A stretch of DNA of 63,879 nucleotides, the filler included, from Rhabdomonas costata (taxonomy: Eukaryota): NCBI GenBank assembly GCA_019059605.1. It is 29 parts of 29 records of this genome, joined end to end, with 100 filler letters (N's around TTAATTAATTAA, not from the genome) between each part and the next. Parts side by side here need not be neighbours in the genome. Positions count along the whole stretch, not along the records: positions 37,679 to 39,794 come from JAHMHO010005529.1; positions 39,895 to 42,009 come from JAHMHO010005530.1; positions 42,110 to 44,223 come from JAHMHO010005531.1; positions 44,324 to 46,436 come from JAHMHO010005532.1; positions 46,537 to 48,651 come from JAHMHO010005533.1; positions 48,752 to 50,865 come from JAHMHO010005534.1; positions 50,966 to 53,081 come from JAHMHO010005535.1; 22 more parts are not named here. The stretch is one strand, 5' to 3'. Under the pieces are notes generated by a model. That model ran no database searches, was not told where the DNA came from, and saw only the letters and a program-made list of their open reading frames with translations. Every line of letters begins with the position of its first letter. The stretch's first letter is position 1. Positions 38,800-51,062 of the stretch are shown one piece after another. A program made the translations under genes and the position numbers.

Positions 38800-39200
38800 A
38801 GTGTGCTGTTGCTCCAACTGTCACTGGCGCGGGTGTCTGGGAGTCCCCGTCAAAGATGGAGGTTACGTAACACTGGTCAGTGGACAGTGGCGTTACTGAA
38901 GTCAAGGCTGCTGTATTTTTCGACGGTTCCGCAGCCGTTGCGCACAAAAGAGGCTGCAAGTTCTGCATCGACATCACAGCGTCCGATGTGTAGAATTGGC
39001 TTTCTAACGCTGAAGAGACAAGTGTTGACGACCTCGAAGACACCGGAGCAGTGTGGGCGAAGTACAAGCCGAATGTGTTCCAAGACAACGCGGGTGCGGC
39101 CCATGTCGGCTCTGATTTACATGGGCTCGTACTGGTTGCCATACTGCATTAGCCGCTTGAGCTGGTTTCCGGCAGGTGGCCTGGAAATTAATTTTGTCTC
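38800..39200 (-). mobile_element. Decayed retroviral-type integrase upstream of the dUTPase
   Basis: KRLMQYGNQY (SDNGxQF-like), LEHIRLVLRPHCSGVFEVVNTCL (PQxNGxxERxNxTL-like) and LDFSNATVH (FAYNxTxH-like), in order. Confidence 0.5.
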
Positions 39201-40095
39201 TCTGAATCGGTGGGCTTACTGGATACACTCAGAATGTCTCCCGTCCTGGCAATCCGCATGCCTCGGGCACTCTGCAGATTTCACCCTCAGAAAGCACTCC
39301 ACATGCCATCTCATAAGCACATAGAACAATCATACAACAATCTGGTGGCTATAAGAAGGGATGTACTTCCATGCTGTCTTTGAATCACGGTGGATAGCTC
39401 TCAGCACGCAACCGCTCGTGCTCCGAGTAAACTCATGTGCCGCTGGACCAGGAATGAAGGCTCTCCGGCGGTACAGACAACTGTTGTAACGGCTCAGCAT
39501 ACGTAGGAAGAACGTTTTGTGGTGGAAAATATAAGAGACAGCTTGGTGAGCCAGACAAGAATTTTCGTAGTAACTTGGAAGCTTGGTTAGTCGCAGAAGT
39601 TGGTAATGAGCTCAGAAGAGATTGTTTTCAAGAGCAGAGATCAGTTGAAGCTTTGAAGGTGTTCAATAAATTCGTAAATCAGTGCGAGAGCAGTAGAAAA
39701 TTGAGTTAGCAGCAGGCAGTTTGTAAGGACAGCTTTTGGGAGAAGGCAGTGGTGCAGAGCAAAGGCCAGTGGAGAAGCGAGTATGGAAAGCAGGNNNNNN
39801 NNNNNNNNNNNNNNNNNNNNNNNNNNNNNNNNNNNNNNTTAATTAATTAANNNNNNNNNNNNNNNNNNNNNNNNNNNNNNNNNNNNNNNNNNNNGGGTGT
39901 TGGTGCAGACCAGCAGCGGGAGAACTAAGTGCTCACGCTGCTGGTCTGCACCAACCTATTCATGAGCTTGTAGCATACAACGCCAACGCACGCGGCGTCA
40001 AAAATTGACTATATACCGCTATACCCCAACGTTGTGGTGAACCTCCCCCTCACAGAATGGCACACCCAAAAGAAAAGAACACACAGAGGAGGAAC

Positions 40096-42009
40096 TCACT
40101 TCACCTTCGAGAAGTACTCCTGCGACCCCTTAGGGTCGGGCTTCATGGTGGATTCCCCGGGCTTCCAGTTGGCGGGGCAGACTTCACCATGGGCTTCGAC
40201 AAACTGAATGGGGACAACACAAAAGATAAAGTGGAAACCATTAAATAATTAACCACTAACTTGAAAATGGTGTGCGTCATCGTCTCCAAGTGTTTCACGG
40301 AATTTGGCGATGAAGCATGAGTCAAAGGATAACGAAAAGCTGCGGAGAATGGCTAATGGTTGTCTGTCAGTACTTCACCCTGTGCGCGTCAAGCTGCAGC
40401 AAAAATTGGTTTATCCAGTGGATGTGGAATGACAGAATTCTTTGAAGGAGAAGTTAGAAGAGCAAGGAGGTGGAGTTTTGGTACAGTGGGAAGCCACGAC
40501 CCTCGGGGTAAGAGGAAAAGCCGTCAATGCATAGAAGTTACATATGGGGAAGAGTATGGGAGAGAAGGCCGACCCGGAGAGCCGAGTGGGGCAAAAGCCC
40601 GGGAGAGTCAGCTAGAGAAGGACAAGGGAGGAGGAGATTCCAAGGGACGAAGCAGCAGAGTCACCGAGTCACCAAAAACGAAGTTCAAAACACCTGGAAG
40701 GCCTGGATCAGCCGCTTGACCTCAGCGACGGAACGTCCAACTGGCAGGTCATTGATGGTAATCTGACGAATGTTCTGCTTTGGGTCGATGATGAAAAGTC
40801 CCCTGACACAGAACAACGAAAAAGCACAATGAAAAGAGTTGCTCTCCATTATTCCGGCAGGAAGACTAAAACGAAGCAATGCGAGAATGCGAGGTTAGTG
40901 AGACGTTGCCGTCATGCGGAAGTGGTTTTCGAAGTTAGATTTGCGTTAGAGGTTTTTGTTTGCAACGCTTTTTTTGCTGTCCTCCTTTTCCGTCTACCTT
41001 TGTTCCTTGGCCGTTTCTGTGGTTCTTTTTTTTTTAAAGAGTGAGTGTAAAAATGGGCAAGAAAACGCTGATGGTCACCATCAGGGCTTCGTCACTCCTT
41101 TCTAAGGTTTTCTAAGTTTCAGGGTTGGTGGCCTTGTGGCGAATGCCCAGTTTCTGCCAAACCGGGAGGGGGATTGGTCACATTTGTCTCTTTGCCCTCC
41201 CCATCAAGGGGCGAAGGCCTGGCGGAAGTGTAGCCTCCTGCTGTGCATTGTCGGCATTTGCGGGCATGCCCCTTTGTTGGTGATCAGTTTCTCTTCAAAT
41301 GTGCAATTTTTAAAAGTGGCGTTAAAGTGGTGGCGAATTCAGTTCCGGACTCAGAACATACCGCAAGGCGATGCCTGCGGGCAGCAGAACACCGTAGTCA
41401 GTAGAAATCTTCTTGTCCAAATCTGCCACCAGGGGAATCTTCATTTCTCCCAAGCCACCCTTGTTTCGAGGTGTGTTGATCCATGCCAGGTGAGTGAAGT
41501 GGCTGTCCACGGAAACGCCAATGATCTGCCGGAATGATTCAAGACAGAGTCAAATCAACCATGGGCGCAAAAAAAAAACAATTCCGCAAAAGTGAGAAGC
41601 TCAGATGCACATGAAAGTACCTCCGCGCCCAGAGTCTTGAAGTCCGCTGCAGCATCGGAGAAGGCGATAATCTCCGTGGGGCAAACAAATGTGAAGTCCA
41701 GAGGATAGAAGAACAGAACCACCCACTTCCCTGGACAGAGAACGAAACCAAATCATCAAGCATGAAGAACTAAGAAGCATTTTTCAAATTTTCCAAAGAA
41801 CGAAAACTGCCAAACCTTTGTAGTCAGCCAAACTCACTTCCTGAATGAAAAAAATTAACCTTGATTCTGTAAAACTTCAAAACAACAAGCAACGAAAACG
41901 GGGTTGAGCAGACCTTGAATTCGCCATTGACAACCGCCTGGGCCTTGAAGCTGGGAGCAGGTTCAAGGCCCAGGCGGTTGTCAATGGCGAATTCAAGGTC
42001 TGCCCCACC
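40096..42009 (-). CDS. PRX: Typical 2-Cys peroxiredoxin (exons to 41914, 41840-41816, 41730-41621, 41525-41362, 40802-40694, 40203-40096)
   Basis: [33 protein letters not shown] and [11 protein letters not shown]. Five GT-AG introns, all in phase; TGA stop. Confidence 0.97.
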
Positions 42010-42234
42010 NNNNNNNNNNNNNNNNNNNNNNNNNNNNNNNNNNNNNNNNNNNNTTAATTAATTAANNNNNNNNNNNNNNNNNNNNNNNNNNNNNNNNNNN
42101 NNNNNNNNNTGTGTGGGGGGAGTGCAGCCCCTGAATTTCTTTTCGGCTATTCGACAAAAGTTTTTGTAATCGATTTTCCCGATCGAGACATCATATGCAA
42201 TTCAGGGGCTGCACTCTCCCCACACAAAAAATAG

Positions 42235-44223
42235 ATATGCTGTGAAGAAGGCTCCCTTCACGGAGGACGACCAGGCCCGGCTGACCCACAAGCTGGTGCT
42301 GTACCTTAACGGGGAGGGGCTGGTGACGATGTACCGCAGGGCAGACTCGGACTTCCCAGAGGTACACGAGGTGCTTCGGGAGTACGAAAGTGGGATGAGG
42401 GACCTCGCCATGGGTCACTTAGGTGTGCATTCTCATTTCTGGGGGAGCTTTGTTTAGGTTGCGTTGGTTCCTCGGTTCTGAATACGTTCTTCTGTGCGCA
42501 ATGCGTGTACGTTTGTATTGTGGTGCATGCCACGCCTTGAGCGCCCGCCGCCGCACTTTCCGCCCGCTCCCGATGTTTGAGTGTGACAAACCAGTCCAGT
42601 GGCCATATCAAGAAGTGTACTTGATGCACAAAAAGCACGCCATCAACTTGATCTCCACAGCAGCTCCTTCCTGCTACTCACGCCACAGCGGGCCCCACCC
42701 AAGACACAAGCAATGGGGTGATAGAACTGAAATGAGCTCCCGAATATGATCCGGTGTCCTTCGTGGGATGAAGGCTCACGTTTCCGCCACTATGCTCCTT
42801 CACGCTGCTGTGCCACACTTCTGGTTCGGTGCTTTGGATGTCCTGTGCCCTTTTCTGTTGTCATTCTATAATTCCCGCCCGCCCCCCACAGACTTCCATC
42901 AACTGCGGCCAACGGTTGCTGTGAACCTAACACTCTCTGAGCCGTAACGCTTCCTCACCCTGCCCCTTCACAAAAGCGCAGACAAAAATAGGAAATGGGG
43001 TTTGAATATTAGTTTTTTTTGTAAAAGACCCTCGCCACAGGAGAAAATCGGAACTTCCAAGTCCAACAACATACGAGGCTCGATCTCTGTCGCACAAGCA
43101 GTCTTTAATGAGAAGGGGGGGCTAATGCAACAGGCCAACTTGTTAACCATGCATTGCTTTTTATTTGCGGACCCCTGCCCTGGCGTGTTCCTGGTGTGTG
43201 GCTGTGACTCCCCTCCCCTCCCTTCACGCAGTGAACAAGTTCTTCGACGACGTCCTGCACACCTACCGCTCGCAGCTCTTCAAGGCGCAGGATCACGTCG
43301 ACACCGTGGAGGCCCGCCTCAGCAAAGCCGGCCAGCGCTCGTTTACTGGGGAGTTCTCCTCCCACTGCCTGTTCAACCTCCGCCGCCAAGTTTCCTCCTC
43401 CTCCTCCTCCTTTCACTGTTTTCTCTCCCATCTTTGCTGATGCTTGCCCGACTTCATTCCGCAAATGGAAACACTGGAAGCACATGGAGACGCTGGCATT
43501 CAGCACTGCATTGCTCTTGCTTGAATGGAACGAAAGCAGAAGGCAATGATTCGTGGGAAGACCAGAAACTGAAAGTAAACAGGATTGCTGGGAAAAGGTA
43601 CAGTGAGGAACAGTGAGTGGGAAAACAGAATCAGAAAAGGAAGTCATGTGAGGTGAGCTCGACACATTTCACAAATCCGCGCACTCCATTTCAGAAATAG
43701 ATCAGACCCCTGCTGTCCACTGTAAGAAACGTCCAAGGCACTGGATTGGCACCTCTCCTTGATCTTGAGAAGCAGTGTCCGAGGGAGTGCATGGCACCAG
43801 TCACCAGCAAGAGTCTTGGTTTTTAGCCGAACCACAATGTGCTCGAAGCCACGGCAGCGTCCCTTCATGTGGTGGCATTGACACCCCCGGTCTCAAAGAA
43901 TATTGTCCCTGTCTTCTTCCCCTGGGTGCTTCCCGGTTTCCTCTCCCCGCCCGAACTTTCGTGGACGTGTATGTCCCCCGGTTGGTGACTGCCTTGATTC
44001 AGGTCTCCCTGTACCGGCGCCTGGGCACGATGATCAAGGAACTGATGGAGCGGTACGAGCGGGGAAAGCTGCCCTCCTCCGGAGGGGGCCCCGCCGTGGC
44101 TGTGATGGAGAGCACCTCTCCGATGAGCCCCTCGGCCTTCCAGCCCTACGTCGAGGACCTCAAGGACAACGTCACCAGTTTGGTGTTCCAAGCAGAGTCC
44201 CTGTATCAGCAGATCAGCGATGT
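42235..44223 (+). CDS. Protein with helical region resembling a CorA-like Mg2+ transporter cytoplasmic domain (exons 42235-42413, 43232-43389, 44003 onward)
   Basis: In-phase GT-AG joins. NKFFDDVLHTY...VDTVEARL...LFNLRRQVSLYRR...YVEDLKDNV follows a CorA-like pattern. The GMN motif is not in the contig. Confidence 0.6.
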
Positions 44224-45299
44224 NNNNNNNNNNNNNNNNNNNNNNNNNNNNNNNNNNNNNNNNNNNNTTAATTAATTAANNNNNNNNNNNNNNNNNNNNN
44301 NNNNNNNNNNNNNNNNNNNNNNNGTGTGGGGGGGATGATATACGATAATCTCCTACGACAACGGTTCCGACCCCGCCAGGAGGCCATGCACTGTGCACGC
44401 CGTGTTTCACGAACATGCACACTCTAAGTTGCAAATGGGAGGCTGTCGTTGAGCTTAATTCTCATATCGTCATGATTCCTTATTAAGCCTTATTAAGCAG
44501 ATTAGGGTAGGATACAAAAAGGAAATCTGGATCGGAACTGCTTTGGATAAGTGGGGTGCGCACCATTTGCCAGCACCTGCAAGACACGGAGAAGGATGGA
44601 ACGCTCCCAGGCAACTCGAGGAACAACGAAGGAGAATACCATTCTGCAAAACATTTAGATAATCAATTTAAGGTGATTTCTCCCGACATCTGTCTGTCAA
44701 TATCAACAAGTTCCATCTGGGATTTGTGTGTGAGTCACTCGCTTGCAGTCTGGCTGGCTTTCAAGGGCTAGAAAACTAGGCACCTGAATACCAATCAAGG
44801 AGACATTAAAAGTTCAATGGAAAACTACGAGGTTGGCTTCGCAAACCCGCTGAAGAGATGCGGTTCAACCGAGACCAACTGATGTTCAATATCGATATTT
44901 ATATCGATATTAAACCGACTGATATCAATTTTAAACCGTTCAGATAATGCATTTTTTCGACACCGAGGACGAACCCTAACACGCTCTTCCTCAGTAGCGG
45001 CAAAGGAAAGGAGTTGTGACGAAAGGAGAGCACAAAAGATATTCGCTGCAAGTTGGACATATAAGGGCTGCGCCCACTGGACATAGGCACATCGGTAGAC
45101 AGGACATTGAGTGGAACTGAAGTAGGGGGCCAACCAAAGGAAGGAAAAAAACCAAAAAAGAAGGACACTAAAATGAATCGCTCGGGGACGGGGACGTGGC
45201 ACAAAAGTAGTTGAAAATGAGGGAAGAGAGGGGGCAAGGGCTTTTCAGGGGGAAACGGCACTATCAATTCTTCACGCAACATGAATCTCGCAAGTGTCG

Positions 45300-46080
45300 G
45301 TCCCAAAGTCCCGAAGAACGAGGGATCGGGGTACCGCAAAGTTAAGAGCGACACAAAGGCATGGGGGAAGGTTCCAAAATTATGTGGACCATAATTCGTG
45401 TAACAGGGTACTTTTGAGGTGTGAGGAAATGGGTGGTTGGGGGACCAAGAACCCATCGCTGATTTCTCAGTGGAGGCGTCTAGGAAGGGGTGGGTCGACT
45501 TCAGAGAAGGGAGGAAAGAGCGTGCGAGCATGGCATCGACTGAAGAGTGAGCGTTATGAAAAAGACTGCTTGGAAAGCCGTGAAAGTGGAGGATCGTTCT
45601 CCAAAGGCACACTGACTCAAAATAAGGTCGACAATCGTGCAGTGTATCACTCCTCGCGTCATTCTCAGCACGTTGCGCACCATCATGGCTCACGCAGGAG
45701 GCACACTTGCGCCTTGTGACCGTGGCGCTGCAAAAGGAAGCGGCACAAAAAGCTTGTGAGCGCCCCGATTCCGGAACGCAGCGGACGTGTGAGCTGACAT
45801 CAGGGGACAGGGAAAAAGAGGGAGCCAGAATGCCAGTGGGTGGACTACAGTGAGGAAGCCATCCGACTGCATGAAAAACCCCATCAACAAAGAGAATCAT
45901 TGAAAACGCACCGAAATCGCGGCAACAACACAAACCAGCCCGCCAACACTCAGTGCATTCCCCGCGCATTCCCACTCATCCAGCTGTGATGAATGCACGA
46001 CTGAGTCCCGCACAGCATGCGCGCATTCAACCGTGTCCCTCAGACCACACCCAGACAGCCCTTCCGAAGACGGGTGGCCA
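45300..46080 (+). mobile_element. Decayed Gypsy integrase
   Basis: VPQS...GYF*GVRK (GHxGxxKT-like) and AFNRVPQTTPRQPF (AYNxxxHxTTGxSPF-like). Confidence 0.4.
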
Positions 46081-46605
46081 GCAGCAATATACCCAGCTCA
46101 TTGCCGGTTTTCCCTAATGTTGTAACAGTCGCTCAGTTACTGCCCGTTCAGCCCAAGGCCCTTACAAAACCACAGCATATACGCGCACCACCACGCAGGC
46201 GGTGCGCAGGAGCCCAAGATATGATCATTCGTGCACGTCCGAACGCTTTCTGGGCTCCCGGTGCAACTCTCATACTCTCAAACACCAACTCTCTTGGCAA
46301 GCCATGTCGGAAGAATGTACAAGTCCTTCCTACTCGGTCCACTCAACCCACATTTCCCGAAGAGAAAACAGCAAAACACAAGCGCAAAGCAAAATCAACC
46401 AAAATCCACTTCGGCCCTACGCAGAAAAACCCCACANNNNNNNNNNNNNNNNNNNNNNNNNNNNNNNNNNNNNNNNNNNNTTAATTAATTAANNNNNNNN
46501 NNNNNNNNNNNNNNNNNNNNNNNNNNNNNNNNNNNNGTGGGGGTGTTACCAGGCGAAGGCAGAGTGAGCCCTCTCTGCCTTCGCCTGGTAACACAACGGC
46601 AGCAC

Positions 46606-46872
46606 GGTATCAATGATATCCAGCACATCTGCCTTCCAGTCTCCCAGCGTGGCGTCTTCGAGTCGACCCCCGGAGAGGCCCACTCCGCGGTAGTCGAATC
46701 GAACAAAGGGATGCCCCAGGGAGGCACAGTGGCGGTGCAGTGCCACTGCCTTGGAACCGGTCATGTCAGACATCCAGCCAGGCAGGAAGACCACGGCGGG
46801 AAGCCGCTGCCCAACATGGGCGTGGTATGCCAGAGAGGGTCGCCCAACACGGGAAAGAAACGACGCGGCCAT
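46606..46872 (-). CDS. Alpha/beta hydrolase, ABHD10-like (first exon)
   Basis: LAY...VVFLPGWMSDMTGSKAVAL...FVRFDYRGVGLSGG...TLGDWKADV, followed by a GT donor. Confidence 0.88.
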
Positions 46873-47031
46873 TCTTGAAGGGGGGGAGTATGAGGTGACT
46901 TACAGATGAAAATGCCCAGTCGGCAACAAATCCAAGCGAGCAAAGAAGAGCGGAGAGGAGGAAAACAGGAAATAAGTTTCAGTTTACAAACAGAAGGACC
47001 CAATCTAATTTTAATTACCAATCAAATTTAC

Positions 47032-48614
47032 CGATCAAATGGGAGGGGATATAAACGCGGCAGGGTTTGTTTTCCCTTTGCTGCATTTTCTTTCAAGAAA
47101 GCTGGTACTCCGTATTCTCGGCAGAATTCCTCGGATAAGAAGAAATCATCACTGTTCATAATCCCCCCCCCTGCTAAATTTAGCAAGCCCACTCTCCCAC
47201 TCCCACTCCACTTTCCGCCTTCCCACTCCGCATCCAAAATCAACCATAAATTAGCGAAACAAACGGCCACATATTAAAACAAACAGCACCAACTCAACCG
47301 TGTTGCCATTGCACCACCATTCCCACCCTTCTCTACGGGTGCGGAGATGATGCGCGTAAAATACACTGGCGCATATTTGGGGAAAACTGTTCAGAATACG
47401 TATTTGAAGCACTGCGCGTGGTTTTTGTTCTGTCTCTCTCAGGCCCCCGAGCCATAGGAGACAACCTCTGTGAATCCCATCACCCGACACAGCCTCTCAC
47501 CTCTCGAGGGGGGCGAGTGCACGAGCCGCCTTCCGTTCATATAGGTTTTCAATGCGATAGTTCCTCGTGGGTTCATAGGCGGTGAAGTTAGGGAGGAAAT
47601 GGTTGGTGCGTGACTTTCACAAGTAAGGTTGCGCGCTGACTCGGCTCAATCTCGGAGTGGGGGAGGGGGGGCGTGGAGTCGGGACCAGGTCCAGGGCCAG
47701 CATTATGTTGATGAGCTGCACAGAGTCGTGCCGGTAGAACCATGAATCGTAGTCAAAGGTGTTAAAGGAGCTGTAGTCGAAGTTGTGGATCCAATCCAGC
47801 CTATTGGCGGGGTAAAAGTAACCCACAAAAAAACCATCATAAATCCCCCTCCCCCTCTTCCAGGCAGGCCTAGCTTTCAACAGTGTTTGTAAAAAAATAC
47901 AGTGGAAGCTAGATTCTGAAGTGAGATCCGACGCAGGCACACTGATGGGGAGGGGACAGGATCACAACGTTGTTCTTCAATTCACTATCGAAGTGGGGTG
48001 GCATGGTGAATCCAGCACTTCCGTTATTGCAGAGCTTGCCTCAGGCTTCAGATTCCTTGCTCCTTCAATTTGACAGGTATTGTGAGTGGTGGGTCAACAG
48101 GCTCTTTGATCATTGCAACTTGCAACCCCTCTGTTAAGTTTGTGCCAGCAGGTTGTGGTTGCAGCTGTACAAGCAGGTTTAGGGCATTACAAAAAGGACT
48201 GGTGTCCGGTTTTTAGCGAGAAGGAACCGAACAGTTTGTTTTTGTGGATGAGTTAGGGTTAGTTTAGGGTTAAATATAGGCTGAGAGTAAGTTTAGGGTT
48301 AGGCTAAGGGTGAGGTTTCGAGATGGGTTAGGCGCATCGTACGAGGCCATGGGGCCGCGGATTCTTGGCTTCGCTGCCCAGTTGATCGCGCCGGGCTGCA
48401 GGGTGACCTCCAGGGGGATGGGGTGCACGGAGTGCACCAGGAAGGCCCGGCCTGTCAGCACAGCCACCATGAACAGGGAGAGCGTGGCCAGGGTGCGGTC
48501 GCCGTGGCCGTGGCACCCCTTCTCGCACTTGTAGCTCAGGAACTTGTGTGAGTCCGGGTGCGCCAGGGCGCGCTCGTGCAGCAGGGCGTACTTCGCCAGC
48601 CACTTCGCGTGGAT
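47032..48614 (-). CDS. Fucosyltransferase-like protein (exons 48614-48343, 47800-47686, 47529-47501, 47151-47032)
   Basis: CHGHGDRTLATLSLFMVAVLTGRAFLV resembles the GxGDRL...A.LT.RAF motif of GDP-fucose transferase-like proteins. All three introns are GT-AG and in phase. Confidence 0.7.
48252..48332. repeat. Degenerate TTAGGG-like interstitial repeat in an intron
   Basis: gttagggttagtttagggtta...tttagggttaggctaagggtgagg...gggttagg. Confidence 0.7.
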
Positions 48615-48751
48615 CTGAGTGAATTTTTGAGTAATGTTTTTTGAGTGGGTGNNNNNNNNNNNNNNNNNNNNNNNNNNNNNNNNNNNNNNNNNNNNTTAAT
48701 TAATTAANNNNNNNNNNNNNNNNNNNNNNNNNNNNNNNNNNNNNNNNNNNN

Positions 48752-50720
48752 GTGGATTGAGCCCACGGTGACCAACGCGCGGGGGTTCACGGTGCTGTTC
48801 TCCCCTATGCTCAATGCGGAGATGGTGGAGCTCCTGGTGCAGCGGCACAGGGTGCCCGTGGATGCCCTCAGCCACAATGGCTACGCCGCGCTCCACTGGA
48901 TGGGCACCCAGGTTGTTGGCCCCCTGCGGTCGTTCTTTGCGCTTCAGTGGGATGCAACCGTGGAATAAGGCAGCCCAAGGCGAGGCACGTGGCGCGGTAG
49001 TGCGTAATGCGCACTTTTTTGCGATGCTATTTTTTTTGGAACGCATATTAAGGCTGGGATGTGGGATGGGTACGAAGGGCGGAGTTCCCTGCTCGTCTAA
49101 ATTCCAAAGTGTGGAGGAGAAACAATGGAATTTTGTTCTTCCTTTTTTTTGTTCGGCTGGTGAAGGTAACCATAAAATGTGGCACTTTGCGCTGGGAATA
49201 CCCATCGATGTTTTCCCGACATAAAGTTTCAGAGTGCACTTGACACATAGGGATGGTGATGGATTGGTTATATGCAGGATACAAGCAGTAGTTAGCCGAA
49301 GCTTAATTGGATAAGACTACCGGAATCCTTCGGGCCCGCAGGCTGGTAAGCACCCAGAACCTGCGACGTGCAGCGGGGTCATCCGGTTGGCCCCACGCTG
49401 CCTTCGGCCCCCGCCGCCTCTCCGCGAACCGTGTCCCCTCGTCTGGCTCTGATTTTCAGTTGCCTGACAGACTTTTTGTGCCTGGCCATTTGCCTGCACT
49501 GCTGTTGGACTTGGACCCTCGCCCACTCTGTTACATTACCGTTCTGCTTTGTCCATTTTACTACTGATTATAATCTGCTGCTGATGCACGTGTTGTTTTC
49601 TAAGCAATGCCAAAACATGTTTTGAGCACAAAGTGATTTTCAGGGTGTGCGTTTATCCGTCCCCAGCTGGAGAGGCCCCTTGAGAGCTGGACTGGGACTG
49701 ATCATTCTCTTTCTAGCATCGGGTACCTGCCCTTTCTCTGCTCTTTTTGCCAGTTAGAGTTCCGGCAACTCACAAGAACGGAAATGCTCTGCTAGGTTGA
49801 CAGCAGAATGTCGCAAAACGTATTCTTATTTGCCGAGTCTGATGACTCTGGTCTCTTTCGCTCCCTTCTTTTACAGTGAAGTATTGTGCCCGTGCTGCAA
49901 ACGTGGACGCCCAGCTGGACCTGATTCAAGTCTTGATCGAGGGGCGGGCCTCCGTGACAGAAGCCATGGAGGGTGGGTTCACCCCGCTTTGCTTTGCAGG
50001 TACCGGCCTGAATTGGAAAATGCGTATAACAAAGGTTCCTTCTGACCCCAAAGTAGCACTCAATGAAGCACCACAGCCCCTCTACTAAGATTGTATTAAG
50101 GGGTACCCAGGGAGAGGGGGGTAAGTTGTGGCACCCGGGCCAAGAGTGGCAGGTTCAATTCCGACACTTCCTATATTGCCTGGACCCACAAATGGCCGGG
50201 TTGGGGTTTGAATCATGGGAGCCCACTCCGTCTCTAATAAGATTGTAAATTCTCCATACAGGCATGAAAAATGAGATAATAATGTCAAATGACTATGGTA
50301 TGGGCGGCTCCAGATCATCTGAGGGTGGTGGAGGAATATCGAAGTGACTGAAAACTGCAGCTACCGCCTGAAATTAACAATCGCCAACACAAATCACCAG
50401 AAACCTGCAGAAAATGATTAAAGCAAGATGATAGCAAGATGATAAAAGAATTAAGGCCTGCATCACTCCTACACCAGGAAAATTGTCGACACCCGCTCAC
50501 CACTGATCTTCTGTTTCCGACGAGTCCCCCTAATTCCTTTGGAAATTTTGCTGGTGCGCATTCTGAGCCGAACCTTGTAGCCTTTCAACCCCTGAATTGC
50601 ACCTGTGCTCTCCTGGTAGCGTCCTTTTTGTGGCTTCAGTCTCTCTGCGCGACGACGTGGTGCGAGGACGAGCCATGGAGCTGCTGGGCTGTAGTTCTCT
50701 CGGTGCCGTGATGCACGCTG
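48752..50720 (+). CDS. Ankyrin-repeat protein (exons to 48911, micro-exon 49342-49345, 49877-49999, 50640 onward)
   Basis: GFTVLF...EMVELLV...NGYAALHW and LDLIQVLIEGRASV...GGFTPLCFA. Confidence 0.8.
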
Positions 50721-50965
50721 CGGTCGACCCCGCCCCTGTGGATAGCAGCTGCTTCAGCAGCAGTGCCTATGCCAACCTGCGCGACCACCGCCTTCCCCAC
50801 CATCCATAGGACACATCCAGACGTGGCGGCGCCGCAGCGACAGAGTGGGACGAGCTTCCATATCCNNNNNNNNNNNNNNNNNNNNNNNNNNNNNNNNNNN
50901 NNNNNNNNNTTAATTAATTAANNNNNNNNNNNNNNNNNNNNNNNNNNNNNNNNNNNNNNNNNNNN

Positions 50966-51062
50966 GTATGTATGTATGTATGTATGTATGTATGTATGTA
51001 TGTATGTATGTATGTATGTATGTATGTATGTATGTATGTATGTATGTATGTATGTATGTATG
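50966..51062. repeat. (GTAT)n microsatellite, about 24 units
   Basis: Direct observation. Confidence 0.98.

Noticed and set aside
39899-39955. 20-bp perfect hairpin just downstream of the peroxiredoxin
   Set aside because: It begins at a G/T-primed contig start, the same pattern as the other fold-backs.
42110-42226. 28-bp inverted repeat (MITE-like)
   Set aside because: The only mismatch is A to G in the terminal primer-like part, so it is probably an artefact.
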